Positions 28,095 through 37,330 of a stretch of DNA of 64,000 nt are shown one piece after another. Below the pieces are notes generated by a model. That model worked only from the letters and a program-made list of their open reading frames with translations. It was not told where the DNA came from and made no database searches. The DNA comes from an uncultured Candidatus Saccharibacteria bacterium. Lineage in GTDB: Bacteria > Patescibacteriota > Minisyncoccia > Phycocordibacterales > SBAW01. Within the stretch, counting starts at the first letter, position 1. Every line of letters begins with the position of its first letter. Where the stretch lies: the NCBI GenBank assembly GCA_964615415.1, contig CAZTNI010000003.1:143235-207234 (forward strand). The letters run 5' to 3'. The position numbers and the translations under genes were made by a program.

Positions 28095-28124
28095 AAAAAT
28101 CCCCGCCCTGTGGCGGGATTTTTC
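28095..28124 (+). terminator. Terminator of the ribosomal protein operon
   Basis: AAAAATCCC...GGGATTTTT stem. Confidence 0.7.
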
Positions 28125-28162
28125 TTTCTTGACAGTTTTTGTGCTTAGAATATTATTTTCAC

Positions 28163-28433
28163 AGAGGGTCCTTTTTGTTAACAGAAGGTGTGAGGCTTGC
28201 TCGTCGCACGCGCGAGCCTTCAGGTGTAGTTCGGAATAACCCGCTCGGGGAGCATGCCCTACGAGATTGCGTGTTTACACGCCCCTAACCCGGCAGGGAA
28301 TGGGAGAGGCCAATACCGGATAATCCGACACTGACCGAGCCCATCATGCGGCCAGTCTCAAGTTTGGGAAAGATTTATCGCTTCACCACCCTCTCGAAAT
28401 TTTTAGCCGCCGCACTTTGCGACGGCTTTTTTT
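28163..28433 (+). ncRNA. Putative structured ncRNA with a 16S rRNA h7-h10-like core
   Basis: TTGACA-16-TATTAT (28129-28156); closing stem AGAGGGT/ACCCTCT; TTCGGAATAAC...CAATACCGGATAA...GGGAAAGATTTATCGC; terminator at 28405-28433; no credible ORF. Confidence 0.75.
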
Positions 28434-28477
28434 GTAAAAAAGAAAAGCACCCTTTGCAGGGTGCTTTTTGTTGAAGA

Positions 28478-28723
28478 TCAGTGAACCAGGTGACGAAACT
28501 GTTCCCGAATTTCGGGAGGAACTTGTTCTTTGGCTACCACCTCCCATTCTGTAGCAGGGTAGCCATTGCCCAACCATCCATCAGGATTTGTGGGATCGGT
28601 TGAGAATGTGATTATAACTTCACCCTCGCCGCGAATACCGTACGGATCAAGTCCGCTAACGCCCCATTTACCGCTAGTTTTATTGCGGAGAAACTGGCCG
28701 CTGTCCAAACCGCCTCGTGACAT
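28478..28723 (-). CDS. Hypothetical protein (orphan cassette)
   Basis: TTGACG-17-TATAGT (28787-28759), AAGGA SD, terminator at 28443-28469. Confidence 0.65.
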   Translation of the reverse strand: MSRGGLDSGQFLRNKTSGKWGVSGLDPYGIRGEGEVIITFSTDPTNPDGWLGNGYPATEWEVVAKEQVPPEIREQFRHLVH

Positions 28724-28909
28724 TGTAGGATCCTTTTGAGCTGTTGCTACCGGGAGGAACTATAAGTTATTCAACTTGTATCGTCAACAAACTTTACGGC
28801 GGAGTTTTTTAATTATGAAATACGAAATCTGTGTATAAAAACAATGCTTTTTTTATAAAAGAGCCGTAGCCTTGTGAAGGGAGTTCAGTAGTAACAAGGA
28901 GTATGGATA

Positions 28910-29476
28910 ATGTCGACTCGCGTCGTCATTGGCGGCCCGCGCAATTCGGGCAAATCTACACTCGTGGCGTCCGTGTACCGTACCCTCGAAGGTGAAGGCG
29001 TGTCCGTCGGCTTGCACGAGGTCGATGTCTACTCCGACACCATTCCTTGTATCCTGGGGCACAAACCTTGGGACAAGAGGAAGAAGAGGCATCATGCGTG
29101 GTTTAAGACAACCGTCGAACCTCGCATTGCGGAATTCGCGAACGATGATCACGCGGTAGTGCTCGGTGATTTGCCGGGGAAGGTGAACAGTACATTCCTT
29201 CCGCGCATGATCATCCCTGCGGACCATGCGATCATCGTGGCACGCGACCTGGAGAGTATGGAGCCGTGGCAAAAACTGTTTGCGGCAAAGTGCATTCCGG
29301 TTGCGCTTCGTGTGATTTCTTACCAAGGGGATCTTCCTGTCGACCGCGCTGCACCGAAAGATTTGCTCTTCGTGGGAAATCTCAATCGCACTGTCATAGC
29401 GACGAGCGAAATTGTGGCGGTGTCGCGCAGAATTTCCTCTTTGCAGCAACCAGCACGTCTTGTGCGTACAGGCTGA
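28910..29476 (+). CDS. P-loop NTPase
   Basis: GGPRNSGKST Walker A and GDLPG; AAGGAG SD; terminator at 29468-29498. Confidence 0.75.
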   Translation: MSTRVVIGGPRNSGKSTLVASVYRTLEGEGVSVGLHEVDVYSDTIPCILGHKPWDKRKKRHHAWFKTTVEPRIAEFANDDHAVVLGDLPGKVNSTFLPRMIIPADHAIIVARDLESMEPWQKLFAAKCIPVALRVISYQGDLPVDRAAPKDLLFVGNLNRTVIATSEIVAVSRRISSLQQPARLVRTG

Positions 29477-29496
29477 CCCATGGGTCAGCCTGTTTT

Positions 29497-30069
29497 TTAT
29501 AAGCGAGCGATAGTTTCTTGTAAGTGGGTTCGAGCAAGTGTGGCAGTATTTCGCATCTCTAGAGCGGTGGTAGGGTAGTGTGCAAACGTAGTTGTTGCGA
29601 GAGCTTGTTGCATAGGGTCAACAATAGGGAGGAAGTACGAATGTACCCATTCTTTTCCAAGCAGTGATGCAGAAAAACTGACATGAAATATATTGTCGAT
29701 AAGATCCGCGTATTTTATAAGACGAGCTTCTTCAGAACCCGCCGCAACTTGTGCAACGTACGGGTCCGCGTGCCCATCGCCCCAGGTGTTGGTAAGAGTT
29801 TCCACCAACTGGAGCGCTGTGTCGCCAATACGGTCACGCAATTCGTCTTTCGTGATAGACGAGTCTTCTAAAAAATCGTGCGCAAGTGCGGCGTAGGCAA
29901 TCGCACTGCGCAAAGGCTCTTGTGGCGCCTCTCCAGAAGTTTCTAAAGCAGCAAGTACAAGAGCGCGGACTCGTTTTGCGTGGTGGGCATTTGAAGATCC
30001 GTCCGCGCGTTTTTGGCTCCCAATAAGTGTTTCTGCAAGCACTTCAATTTCACTCGTCTTTACATCCAT
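29497..30069 (-). CDS. HD-domain hydrolase (SpoT/Mesh1-like)
   Basis: QKR...HHAKRV...ALAHDFLED...VETLT...IKYADLIDN. Confidence 0.8.
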   Translation of the reverse strand: MDVKTSEIEVLAETLIGSQKRADGSSNAHHAKRVRALVLAALETSGEAPQEPLRSAIAYAALAHDFLEDSSITKDELRDRIGDTALQLVETLTNTWGDGHADPYVAQVAAGSEEARLIKYADLIDNIFHVSFSASLLGKEWVHSYFLPIVDPMQQALATTTFAHYPTTALEMRNTATLARTHLQETIARL

Positions 30070-30120
30070 ATGTATAGCTATAGTATAGGCTCTAGACCTG
30101 TTCAGTCATAGGAGGATCTT

Positions 30121-30762
30121 ATGAAGCTTGCATATGCTACATGGGCAGAAAAAGTGCACCAGTCTGTCTCTGCATTGTCCCGCACTGCAAAAGGAACAAC
30201 CGCAGCTGCATACGGCGGCGCAAAGCCTGCGCTTGAAGTATCTGATGCGACTCTGCTGGCTCAAAAGACTGCAGAGAATCTCTCGCTCGCAATCGACTAC
30301 GTGTGGAAGCACGGGCTCGCTATACGTCCACAGACGCATCATGTGCTCGGATTTATGAATGCTGTGGCAAAGCAGGTGTCTGAAGGGCTTTTGCGGCCCG
30401 GGCAGTCTCTGTGGCGCACGTGGGATACAAGAGAAAAATATCCGACGCAGGTGTTGCCGAGCGAGATCGAAGTAGCGATGGAATTGCTTGGTGCTGATGT
30501 AGCTGCAGCACTGCTTGATCCACAGCAGGATCCAGTAAAACTTGCAGCCTTGCTCGAACGCGAGATCGACGGACACATTCATCCCTATGCGGATGGATGT
30601 GGTCGGACTGCAAAGTTGCTCGGTGCGTGGGCGCTGTTGCGCTCCGGAATGCTGCCGGCATATTTCACTGATCGTGCGGCGTACTACGGCGCAATGGCGG
30701 CAAGCGAGGAGGAGTGGTACAAGTTCTATCGTTCTCATGTGCCTGTGCTTGCCACGACGTAA
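30121..30762 (+). CDS. Fic-domain protein
   Basis: IHPYADGCGRTAK, a variant of HPFxDGNGRxxR; AGGAGG SD; terminator at 30767-30802. Confidence 0.8.
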   Translation: MKLAYATWAEKVHQSVSALSRTAKGTTAAAYGGAKPALEVSDATLLAQKTAENLSLAIDYVWKHGLAIRPQTHHVLGFMNAVAKQVSEGLLRPGQSLWRTWDTREKYPTQVLPSEIEVAMELLGADVAAALLDPQQDPVKLAALLEREIDGHIHPYADGCGRTAKLLGAWALLRSGMLPAYFTDRAAYYGAMAASEEEWYKFYRSHVPVLATT

Positions 30763-30848
30763 TATAACCCCTTCGCAGATCTGCGAAGGGGGATTTTCTT
30801 TTCTAGAATATTTGACAAACACGGTTTTTTGATTAAAATACTTGCACA

Positions 30849-31358
30849 ATGTCCGACATCGATACTGAATTCGTGCCGGAGGAGGAAGCGGAAAATCCCG
30901 CCACACTGATAAAGAAACTGCGGGAGCGACTCCATACGGCAGAAAAAGAACGGGGAGAATATTTAGAGGGCTGGCAGCGTTCGCGTGCCGACTTTGCTAA
31001 CCTCAAGCGCGACGAAGACAGCAGACGGACGCATACCGAAGAGCGCATTAAGGCAGGGATAGGAGAAGATTTGGTTCCGGTACTCGATTCCTTTGAAATG
31101 GCACTGCAGCATCAGAAGACGAAAGAGCTTGAAGTCCTTCAAAAACAGCTCCTCGATACATTAAAACGAATTGGTATTGAACAGTTTGGCAAAGTGGGCG
31201 ATGTGTTTGACCCTAAAAAGTTCGAAGCGCTGCAAGAAGTTGCAGCCGAGCGTGCAGAGCAGGATAATACGGTCGCGACGGTCTTTCGATCCGGCTATGC
31301 ACTAGGAGAATATGTGATCCGTCCCGCACAAGTAGTACTCTATTCCTTTAAAAACTAG
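30849..31358 (+). CDS. grpE: Nucleotide exchange factor GrpE
   Basis: RADFANLKR, FDP...EA, GY...IRPAQV; upstream of dnaK. Confidence 0.95.
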   Translation: MSDIDTEFVPEEEAENPATLIKKLRERLHTAEKERGEYLEGWQRSRADFANLKRDEDSRRTHTEERIKAGIGEDLVPVLDSFEMALQHQKTKELEVLQKQLLDTLKRIGIEQFGKVGDVFDPKKFEALQEVAAERAEQDNTVATVFRSGYALGEYVIRPAQVVLYSFKN

Positions 31359-31382
31359 TTTATTCATTAAATAAAAATATCT

Positions 31383-33266
31383 ATGGCGAAAATTCTTGGT
31401 ATAGACTTGGGTACAACAAACTCTGCAATGGCTATCATGCAGGGCGGCGAGCCGCATGTCATAGAAAACGCAGAAGGTGCACGCACAACACCATCAGTCG
31501 TTGCTACCTCTAAAACAGGCGAGCGCTTGGTTGGTCTTATTGCACGCCGCCAAGCAGTAACGAATCCTAAAAATACGGTCTATCAAATTAAGCGCTTTAT
31601 CGGTCACACCTTCGACGAAGCAGGGGTACAAAAAGACAAATCATCTGTGCCGTTTGAAATGCGCAAGACTGCTACTGGCGGTATCGAAGTAGAGATGGGT
31701 GGCGCATGGCACACACCGGAAGCCGTCTCTGCAATGATCCTCCAGAAGTTGAAGATGGATGCAGAGAAGAGACTAGGCGAGCCTATTACCCAGGCAGTTA
31801 TCACCGTGCCTGCATACTTTAATGACTCTCAGCGCCAAGCAACGAAAGACGCAGGTAAAATTGCTGGTCTTGAGGTGCTGCGCATCATCAACGAACCAAC
31901 CGCGGCAGCACTCGCATACGGTTTTGATAAAAAGAAGAATGAAAAGATCGTCGTCTTCGACTTCGGTGGCGGTACGTTCGACATCTCGGTTCTTGAGGTA
32001 GGAGATGATGTCATCGAAGTTAAATCGACCGACGGTGACGCACACTTGGGCGGTAAAGACCTCGACCAAAAGATCATCGACTTCCTTGCAACCGAATTCC
32101 AGAAGGAAAGTGGTATCGATGTGCGCAATGACCCTCTGGCACGCCAGCGCTTAGACGAAGCAGCAGAGAAAGCAAAGATCGAGCTTTCAACCGCACTCGA
32201 GTCGGAAGTAAACATTCCGTTTATCACTAGTGACGCCTCTGGTCCGCGCCACCTCCTTATTAAATTGACCCGCGCAAAGCTCGAGGAACTCTCGGCAGAA
32301 TTTATCGACCGCGCAATTTCTATCACCAAGCGCGCGATGGAAGCATCGCCATTTAAGATCGGCGATATTAACGAGGTTGTGCTGGTGGGTGGTCAGACAC
32401 GCATGCCGGCAATGCAAGCAGCGGTAGAGAAATTCTTCGGCAAGAAGCCGCACATGGGTGTAAACCCAGACGAAGTGGTGGCTATCGGTGCAGCTATCCA
32501 GGGTGGCATCTTGGGCGGCGAAGTAAAAGATATCCTTTTGTTGGACGTTATCCCGCTGTCACTTGGTATCGAAACTATGGGTGGTGTTTCAACGAAGTTG
32601 ATCGAGCGCAACACGACTATTCCTACCTCGCGCTCACAAGTATTTTCAACCGCGGCTGACAACCAGACCTCAGTAGAGATTCATATTACGCAGGGCGAGC
32701 GCGCAATGGCGTCTGACAATAAGTCGCTCGGCCGCTTTGTGCTCGACGGAATTCCACCCGCACCGCGTGGGTTGCCGCAAGTTGAAGTATCGTTCGATGT
32801 TGATGCAAACGGTATCCTCTCTGTAAAAGCAAAAGACAAAGCAACTAATAAAGAGCAGTCTATTCGCATCGAAGCTCGTTCGGGACTCTCCGACCAGGAC
32901 ATTGAGCGTATGCAAAAAGATGCAGAGGCAAACGCTACTGCCGATAAACAAAAGATGGAACTTGCTGAAGCACGCAACCAGGCAGAACAGGCAGTCTATG
33001 GTGCACGCAAAGCACTCTCGGACAACAAAGGCAAGGTCCCAGCAGAGCTTGAAGCATCTATTAACGAAAAAATTACTGCAGTAGAAGGCAAGAAGGGTAG
33101 CGACAATGCGGCTGACATAAAAGCAGCGGTAGAGGAACTTACCAAAGAGCTTTCAAAGGTCTACGAGGCGATCCAAAAAGCAGGAAGCCAGCAGACGCCG
33201 CCGCCGGGTGGAGACGCACAGCAGGGTGGGTCAGAAAATCCTGGCGGAGAGCCACAAAATCAGTAA
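31383..33266 (+). CDS. dnaK: Chaperone DnaK
   Basis: [25 protein letters not shown]. Confidence 0.99.
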   Translation: MAKILGIDLGTTNSAMAIMQGGEPHVIENAEGARTTPSVVATSKTGERLVGLIARRQAVTNPKNTVYQIKRFIGHTFDEAGVQKDKSSVPFEMRKTATGGIEVEMGGAWHTPEAVSAMILQKLKMDAEKRLGEPITQAVITVPAYFNDSQRQATKDAGKIAGLEVLRIINEPTAAALAYGFDKKKNEKIVVFDFGGGTFDISVLEVGDDVIEVKSTDGDAHLGGKDLDQKIIDFLATEFQKESGIDVRNDPLARQRLDEAAEKAKIELSTALESEVNIPFITSDASGPRHLLIKLTRAKLEELSAEFIDRAISITKRAMEASPFKIGDINEVVLVGGQTRMPAMQAAVEKFFGKKPHMGVNPDEVVAIGAAIQGGILGGEVKDILLLDVIPLSLGIETMGGVSTKLIERNTTIPTSRSQVFSTAADNQTSVEIHITQGERAMASDNKSLGRFVLDGIPPAPRGLPQVEVSFDVDANGILSVKAKDKATNKEQSIRIEARSGLSDQDIERMQKDAEANATADKQKMELAEARNQAEQAVYGARKALSDNKGKVPAELEASINEKITAVEGKKGSDNAADIKAAVEELTKELSKVYEAIQKAGSQQTPPPGGDAQQGGSENPGGEPQNQ

Positions 33267-33340
33267 CAGGTGCGGACAAAACCCTGCCTTTGTGCGGGGT
33301 TTTGTTTTAAGGTAATTTTTGTTACAATGCAGTTGCAAAT

Positions 33341-34420
33341 ATGTCTACTAAACGCGATTACTACGAAATACTAGGAGTATCAAAAGGGGCCTCAAAAGAC
33401 GAAATTAAGAAGGCATTCCACAAGCTTGCGCACAAATATCACCCGGACAAGGGGACGGGCGATGCAGATAAGTTTAAAGAAGTAAGCGAGGCGTATTCCA
33501 TCCTTTCCGACGATAAAAAGCGCGCCGAGTACGACTCCTACGGCCGCACCTTTGGTGCGGGCGGAGCGGGTGGCGGCTTCGGGGGCGGAGCAGGTTTCGA
33601 CTTTTCGCAATTTCAAGATGCGTTTCAGCAGGGCTTTGGTAACTTCGACTTTGGCGATGTCTTTACCGACTTCTTTGGTGGGGGCGGAGGACGCTCTCGT
33701 CGCGGTCGTGATATTTCTATCGACCTCGAATTGTCGTTTAAAGAATCTATCTTCGGCGTAAAGCGCTCGGTACTGCTTGCAAAGACCGCACAGTGCGACA
33801 CGTGCAAGGGAAGTGGCGCTGCACCGGGTACTGAGCTTGAAACCTGCAAGCACTGCAACGGTGCCGGCAAAGTCCACGAGACAAGCAACTCGTTCTTCGG
33901 AGCTATTACGATGGTGCAGCCATGTAAGCATTGCCATGCAACCGGCAAAGTACCGAAGCAAAAATGCGCTACCTGCCGCGGCGAGGGCGTCTACCGCAAA
34001 CAAGAGGAGATCGATATTGTTGTCCCTGCAGGCATTGAAGGCGGCGAGATGATCCGCCTTACGGGAGCAGGCGAGGCTGTAGCAGGTGGTGCCTCGGGCG
34101 ACCTGTACGTAAAAGTACACGTCACTCCGGATCCACGTTTTAAAAAAGAGGGGACGAACCTTGTAACCGATCTTTCAGTTAAACTTTCTGACGCGCTCTT
34201 GGGGAGCGACTACAAAGTACAGACCTTAGACGGCGAGGAAACAATCTCTGTCCCTGCTGGTGTAACCCATGGAGAAGTTTTGTATATAAAAAATAAAGGT
34301 GTGCCGAATAATCGTGGCAAGCGCGGCGACCTGCTCGTCAAAGTTAAAATAAATCTCCCTCAAAAACTCTCTCGCTCCGCAAAAGCCCTTGTCGAAAAGT
34401 TGAAGGAAGAGGGGATCTAA
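33341..34420 (+). CDS. dnaJ: Chaperone DnaJ
   Basis: HPD J-domain, G/F region, four CxxCxGxG-type repeats. Confidence 0.98.
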   Translation: MSTKRDYYEILGVSKGASKDEIKKAFHKLAHKYHPDKGTGDADKFKEVSEAYSILSDDKKRAEYDSYGRTFGAGGAGGGFGGGAGFDFSQFQDAFQQGFGNFDFGDVFTDFFGGGGGRSRRGRDISIDLELSFKESIFGVKRSVLLAKTAQCDTCKGSGAAPGTELETCKHCNGAGKVHETSNSFFGAITMVQPCKHCHATGKVPKQKCATCRGEGVYRKQEEIDIVVPAGIEGGEMIRLTGAGEAVAGGASGDLYVKVHVTPDPRFKKEGTNLVTDLSVKLSDALLGSDYKVQTLDGEETISVPAGVTHGEVLYIKNKGVPNNRGKRGDLLVKVKINLPQKLSRSAKALVEKLKEEGI

Positions 34421-34608
34421 GACCGACAAAAAGTAAACTGCTTTACTTTTTTCGGTACTTAAATCGGCCGGAGACATGTTTTGACAGCAGTCAAAACAGT
34501 CGAGGCGGGGTCGCGGAAATTCCGGAGCGACGGCGACGGAATTATCTGTGACTCTAAGTAAAAGAAAACGCCGCATATACTGCGGCGTTGATCTGCTATT
34601 GAAGAAGG

Positions 34609-34983
34609 TTAACGGACTGCGTGGCCTGCTCTGCTGAGCGCCTCAGCCAATTCATTCCTAGATATTCTTCCGAAATTTGGAGCGCGATAACGATAGATAC
34701 CACCATGTTCGCGAATGCGTGCAAGTGCTTCGCCGATGGTGTGCAAGTTGTCGTTCTTTAGAGTTTTGAGGACTCGAGTCGACAAACCTAGTTCACTGAC
34801 GGGTGTCTCTGGCGGCATTGCAGGTTGCGAAGGGGTTGCAGGTTCGTTAAAGAGCTGGACGACTTCGTCGAAATCTGTTGGACCAAGTTTCGTCCGAAGC
34901 ATTGCTACAAGTTTGCAATGCTTGCAGGGGTTAAGAGGGCTGCACCCAGGCAGATGCTGGTCAAGGGCAAACGAGGACGACAT
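34609..34983 (-). CDS. Stand-alone RNAP alpha-CTD-like protein with Cys/His-rich N-terminus
   Basis: TPVSELGLSTRVLKTLKNDNLHTIGE...PNFGRISRNELAEAL; N-terminal HLPGCSPLNPCKHC; GGAG SD; terminator at about 34563-34589. Confidence 0.75.
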   Translation of the reverse strand: MSSSFALDQHLPGCSPLNPCKHCKLVAMLRTKLGPTDFDEVVQLFNEPATPSQPAMPPETPVSELGLSTRVLKTLKNDNLHTIGEALARIREHGGIYRYRAPNFGRISRNELAEALSRAGHAVR

Positions 34984-35117
34984 GAAGACTCTCCGTTTTT
35001 GATATTGACTTCTGATGCAATTGTAACACACTTAATTTAAAAAAGCAACTTTCTGTAAAAGAAAACGCCGGACTCTTGGTAGAGTCCGGCGGTATTGCTG
35101 TGGGCTGGTTCGAACGA

Positions 35118-36236
35118 CTATTCGTCGTTGAACGGGCCAATGATGAGGAAGAGCAGCTTTGCGAAGTTCATGGTCTGGATGCGCGAAGCCTGGTTGGCGT
35201 CGACGTCATACGTGACCACCGAGCGGATGACCGACTCGCCGCGGAACGTGTCCTGGTAGGAAACCGTGCCGGTGAAGCCGGGGACCGTCGTCATCATGGC
35301 GAAGAACGCTTCTTCCGCGGTCATCGTGGTCGTGGGGGCGAACACGGCGGCTTCGTCAGCCGGCGGTTCGTTGATACGAACATTCAGTTCGTAATACCCA
35401 AGACCATTCGCTTCGCGGTTGAGGTCTTCGACCCAGCGGATGGTGCCGGTGTAGTGGTCGTTGTAGACCACGCCACCGCTGGTGTAGGACGCGAACGCGT
35501 CCAGGAACCAATTGCCGGTCTCGGGGTCATAGTCGATCGAGCCGTTGATGGTCGTCTCGGGATAGACCTCGAGCGGGCCGGCGCCCATCACCACGTTGGT
35601 GAAGCTCATCGGGTCGGCACCGGCGACGGTGACCTGCACCTGCTGACCGTTCACCACACGGGTGTACGTGCGATTCACGTAGTTGGTCGCTCCCTCGACG
35701 AGAGCGGCGAGACCACCCTGCCGCGGCTTGCGGCCCTGGATCTCACCGCCGAAGTTCGACACGAAGCTGTTGCCAGCCTGGATCGAGAAGCGGAGCGGGT
35801 TGCTGCCGTCCGGAGGGACGGAGAGCAGGTACTTGCCGGCGCCGTCGAGCTGCATCCCGCCGACCCAGCCGCCGAGAATGGCGACCTGGGCCGGATTGGC
35901 GGGGTTGCGCAGGCTGGTATTGATGTTGAACTGCAGGAAGCCCTGCTGGCGCGTCCCGCCCATGATGCTGCCCGGCAGCCACGGCTGCCGCGTCACGTCG
36001 CCCTGGAACAGGAACGAGTTCAGAATCGTCATGTTCGCCGTGTAGACGTCACGGGCGCCCTCGTTCGGAACATCGTTGGCGTCCCGGTTGGTCCGGGTGC
36101 CGAAGTCGATGGTCATCGTGCCGGTGATTGCATCCGGCATGTCGATCGGAGTGGTCGGCGGAACCGCCTGCGCCAGAGCGGCGACAGGCAGTGCCACGGC
36201 AAGCGCCGCGGCAAGGACAAACGACTTCATTCGCAT
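35118..36236 (-). CDS. Secreted hypothetical protein (GC-rich orphan cassette)
   Basis: Signal peptide ending ALA-Q; TTGACA-17-TATAGT (36318-36290); terminator at about 35060-35091. Confidence 0.8.
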   Translation of the reverse strand: MRMKSFVLAAALAVALPVAALAQAVPPTTPIDMPDAITGTMTIDFGTRTNRDANDVPNEGARDVYTANMTILNSFLFQGDVTRQPWLPGSIMGGTRQQGFLQFNINTSLRNPANPAQVAILGGWVGGMQLDGAGKYLLSVPPDGSNPLRFSIQAGNSFVSNFGGEIQGRKPRQGGLAALVEGATNYVNRTYTRVVNGQQVQVTVAGADPMSFTNVVMGAGPLEVYPETTINGSIDYDPETGNWFLDAFASYTSGGVVYNDHYTGTIRWVEDLNREANGLGYYELNVRINEPPADEAAVFAPTTTMTAEEAFFAMMTTVPGFTGTVSYQDTFRGESVIRSVVTYDVDANQASRIQTMNFAKLLFLIIGPFNDE

Positions 36237-36382
36237 GTATGTAGCCCCTTTCGTGGGTAATGCTGCCCGAAATGAGCAGTCCGTCGAGCACTATAACCTA
36301 GTGGTTTACAAATGTCAAGTTTTTAGGTATTCACAAAAGCCTTCAGTTTTAAGGATTTTCTGGTAGACTCATCAGTATATAT

Positions 36383-37324
36383 ATGGCAAAGAAACGCCTC
36401 CTTACGGGTCTTCAAGCTTCCGGTACGCTCCACATTGGTAACTATTTTGGTGCATTGAAGCCGTTTGTCGATTCCTACAAAGACTCTGAAAGCTTTTTAA
36501 TGGTCGCGGACTATCATGCGCTTACTTCGGTTAAGGACCCTGCAAAAGTGCGCACCGACATCGTTAATGTTGTTAAGGATTATGTTGCGGTAGGAGTAGA
36601 CCCGGCAGAGGCAATAATTTTTAAACAGTCCGATGTATTGGAACATACCGAGCTCGCCTGGATTCTTGAGACATTGATCCCGGTGCCGTATTTGGAAAAC
36701 GCACACGCGTACAAAGACAAAGTTGCAAAGGGGCTCGAGGCGAACGCAGGCTTGTTTAACTACCCAGTATTAATGGCTGCAGACATTCTTTTGTATGACA
36801 CTGAAGTGGTGCCGGTAGGGAGCGACCAAAAGCAGCATGTTGAATATGCTCGCGAGGCGGCTGCAAAGTTTAACAATGCGTACGGAAAGACATTTATCGA
36901 GCCGCAAGAAAAAATTGTAGAGGGTGTCGGCGTCGTGCCAGGTACCGACGGTAAGAAAATGAGCAAGAGCTACGGTAATACCATTCCTCTTTTCGGAACG
37001 AAGGAAGAAATTACAAAAGCGGTGATGGGTATCGTAACCGACTCTTCGGGTGAACGTCCGGAAAATGTGTACCAGATCCACAAACTCTTTAAGAGTGAGG
37101 CAGATCTGGCGGCACTCTACGAAGAGAAGAAAGGGAAGTATAAAGATTTAAAAGAAGCGCTGGCAGCAGATATTGAAAGTTTTATTGCGCCAATGCGTGC
37201 GAAGCGCGACAGTATTACAGACGAAGATGTGAAGAACATTCTTCGCGATGGTGCAGCAAAAGCTCGTGCAATTGCGTCTGCAAAAATGGCAGATGTTCGT
37301 AAGAAAGTGGGCGTAACACTTTAA
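36383..37324 (+). CDS. trpS: Tryptophan--tRNA ligase
   Basis: HIGN, VPVGSDQKQH, KMSKS. Confidence 0.97.
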   Translation: MAKKRLLTGLQASGTLHIGNYFGALKPFVDSYKDSESFLMVADYHALTSVKDPAKVRTDIVNVVKDYVAVGVDPAEAIIFKQSDVLEHTELAWILETLIPVPYLENAHAYKDKVAKGLEANAGLFNYPVLMAADILLYDTEVVPVGSDQKQHVEYAREAAAKFNNAYGKTFIEPQEKIVEGVGVVPGTDGKKMSKSYGNTIPLFGTKEEITKAVMGIVTDSSGERPENVYQIHKLFKSEADLAALYEEKKGKYKDLKEALAADIESFIAPMRAKRDSITDEDVKNILRDGAAKARAIASAKMADVRKKVGVTL

Positions 37325-37330
37325 TTTTAT

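Noticed and set aside
28163-28433. A genuine or fragmented 16S rRNA gene
   Set aside because: Only short junction motifs match. Universally conserved flanking 16S sequence is absent, and the unit has its own closing stem and terminator.
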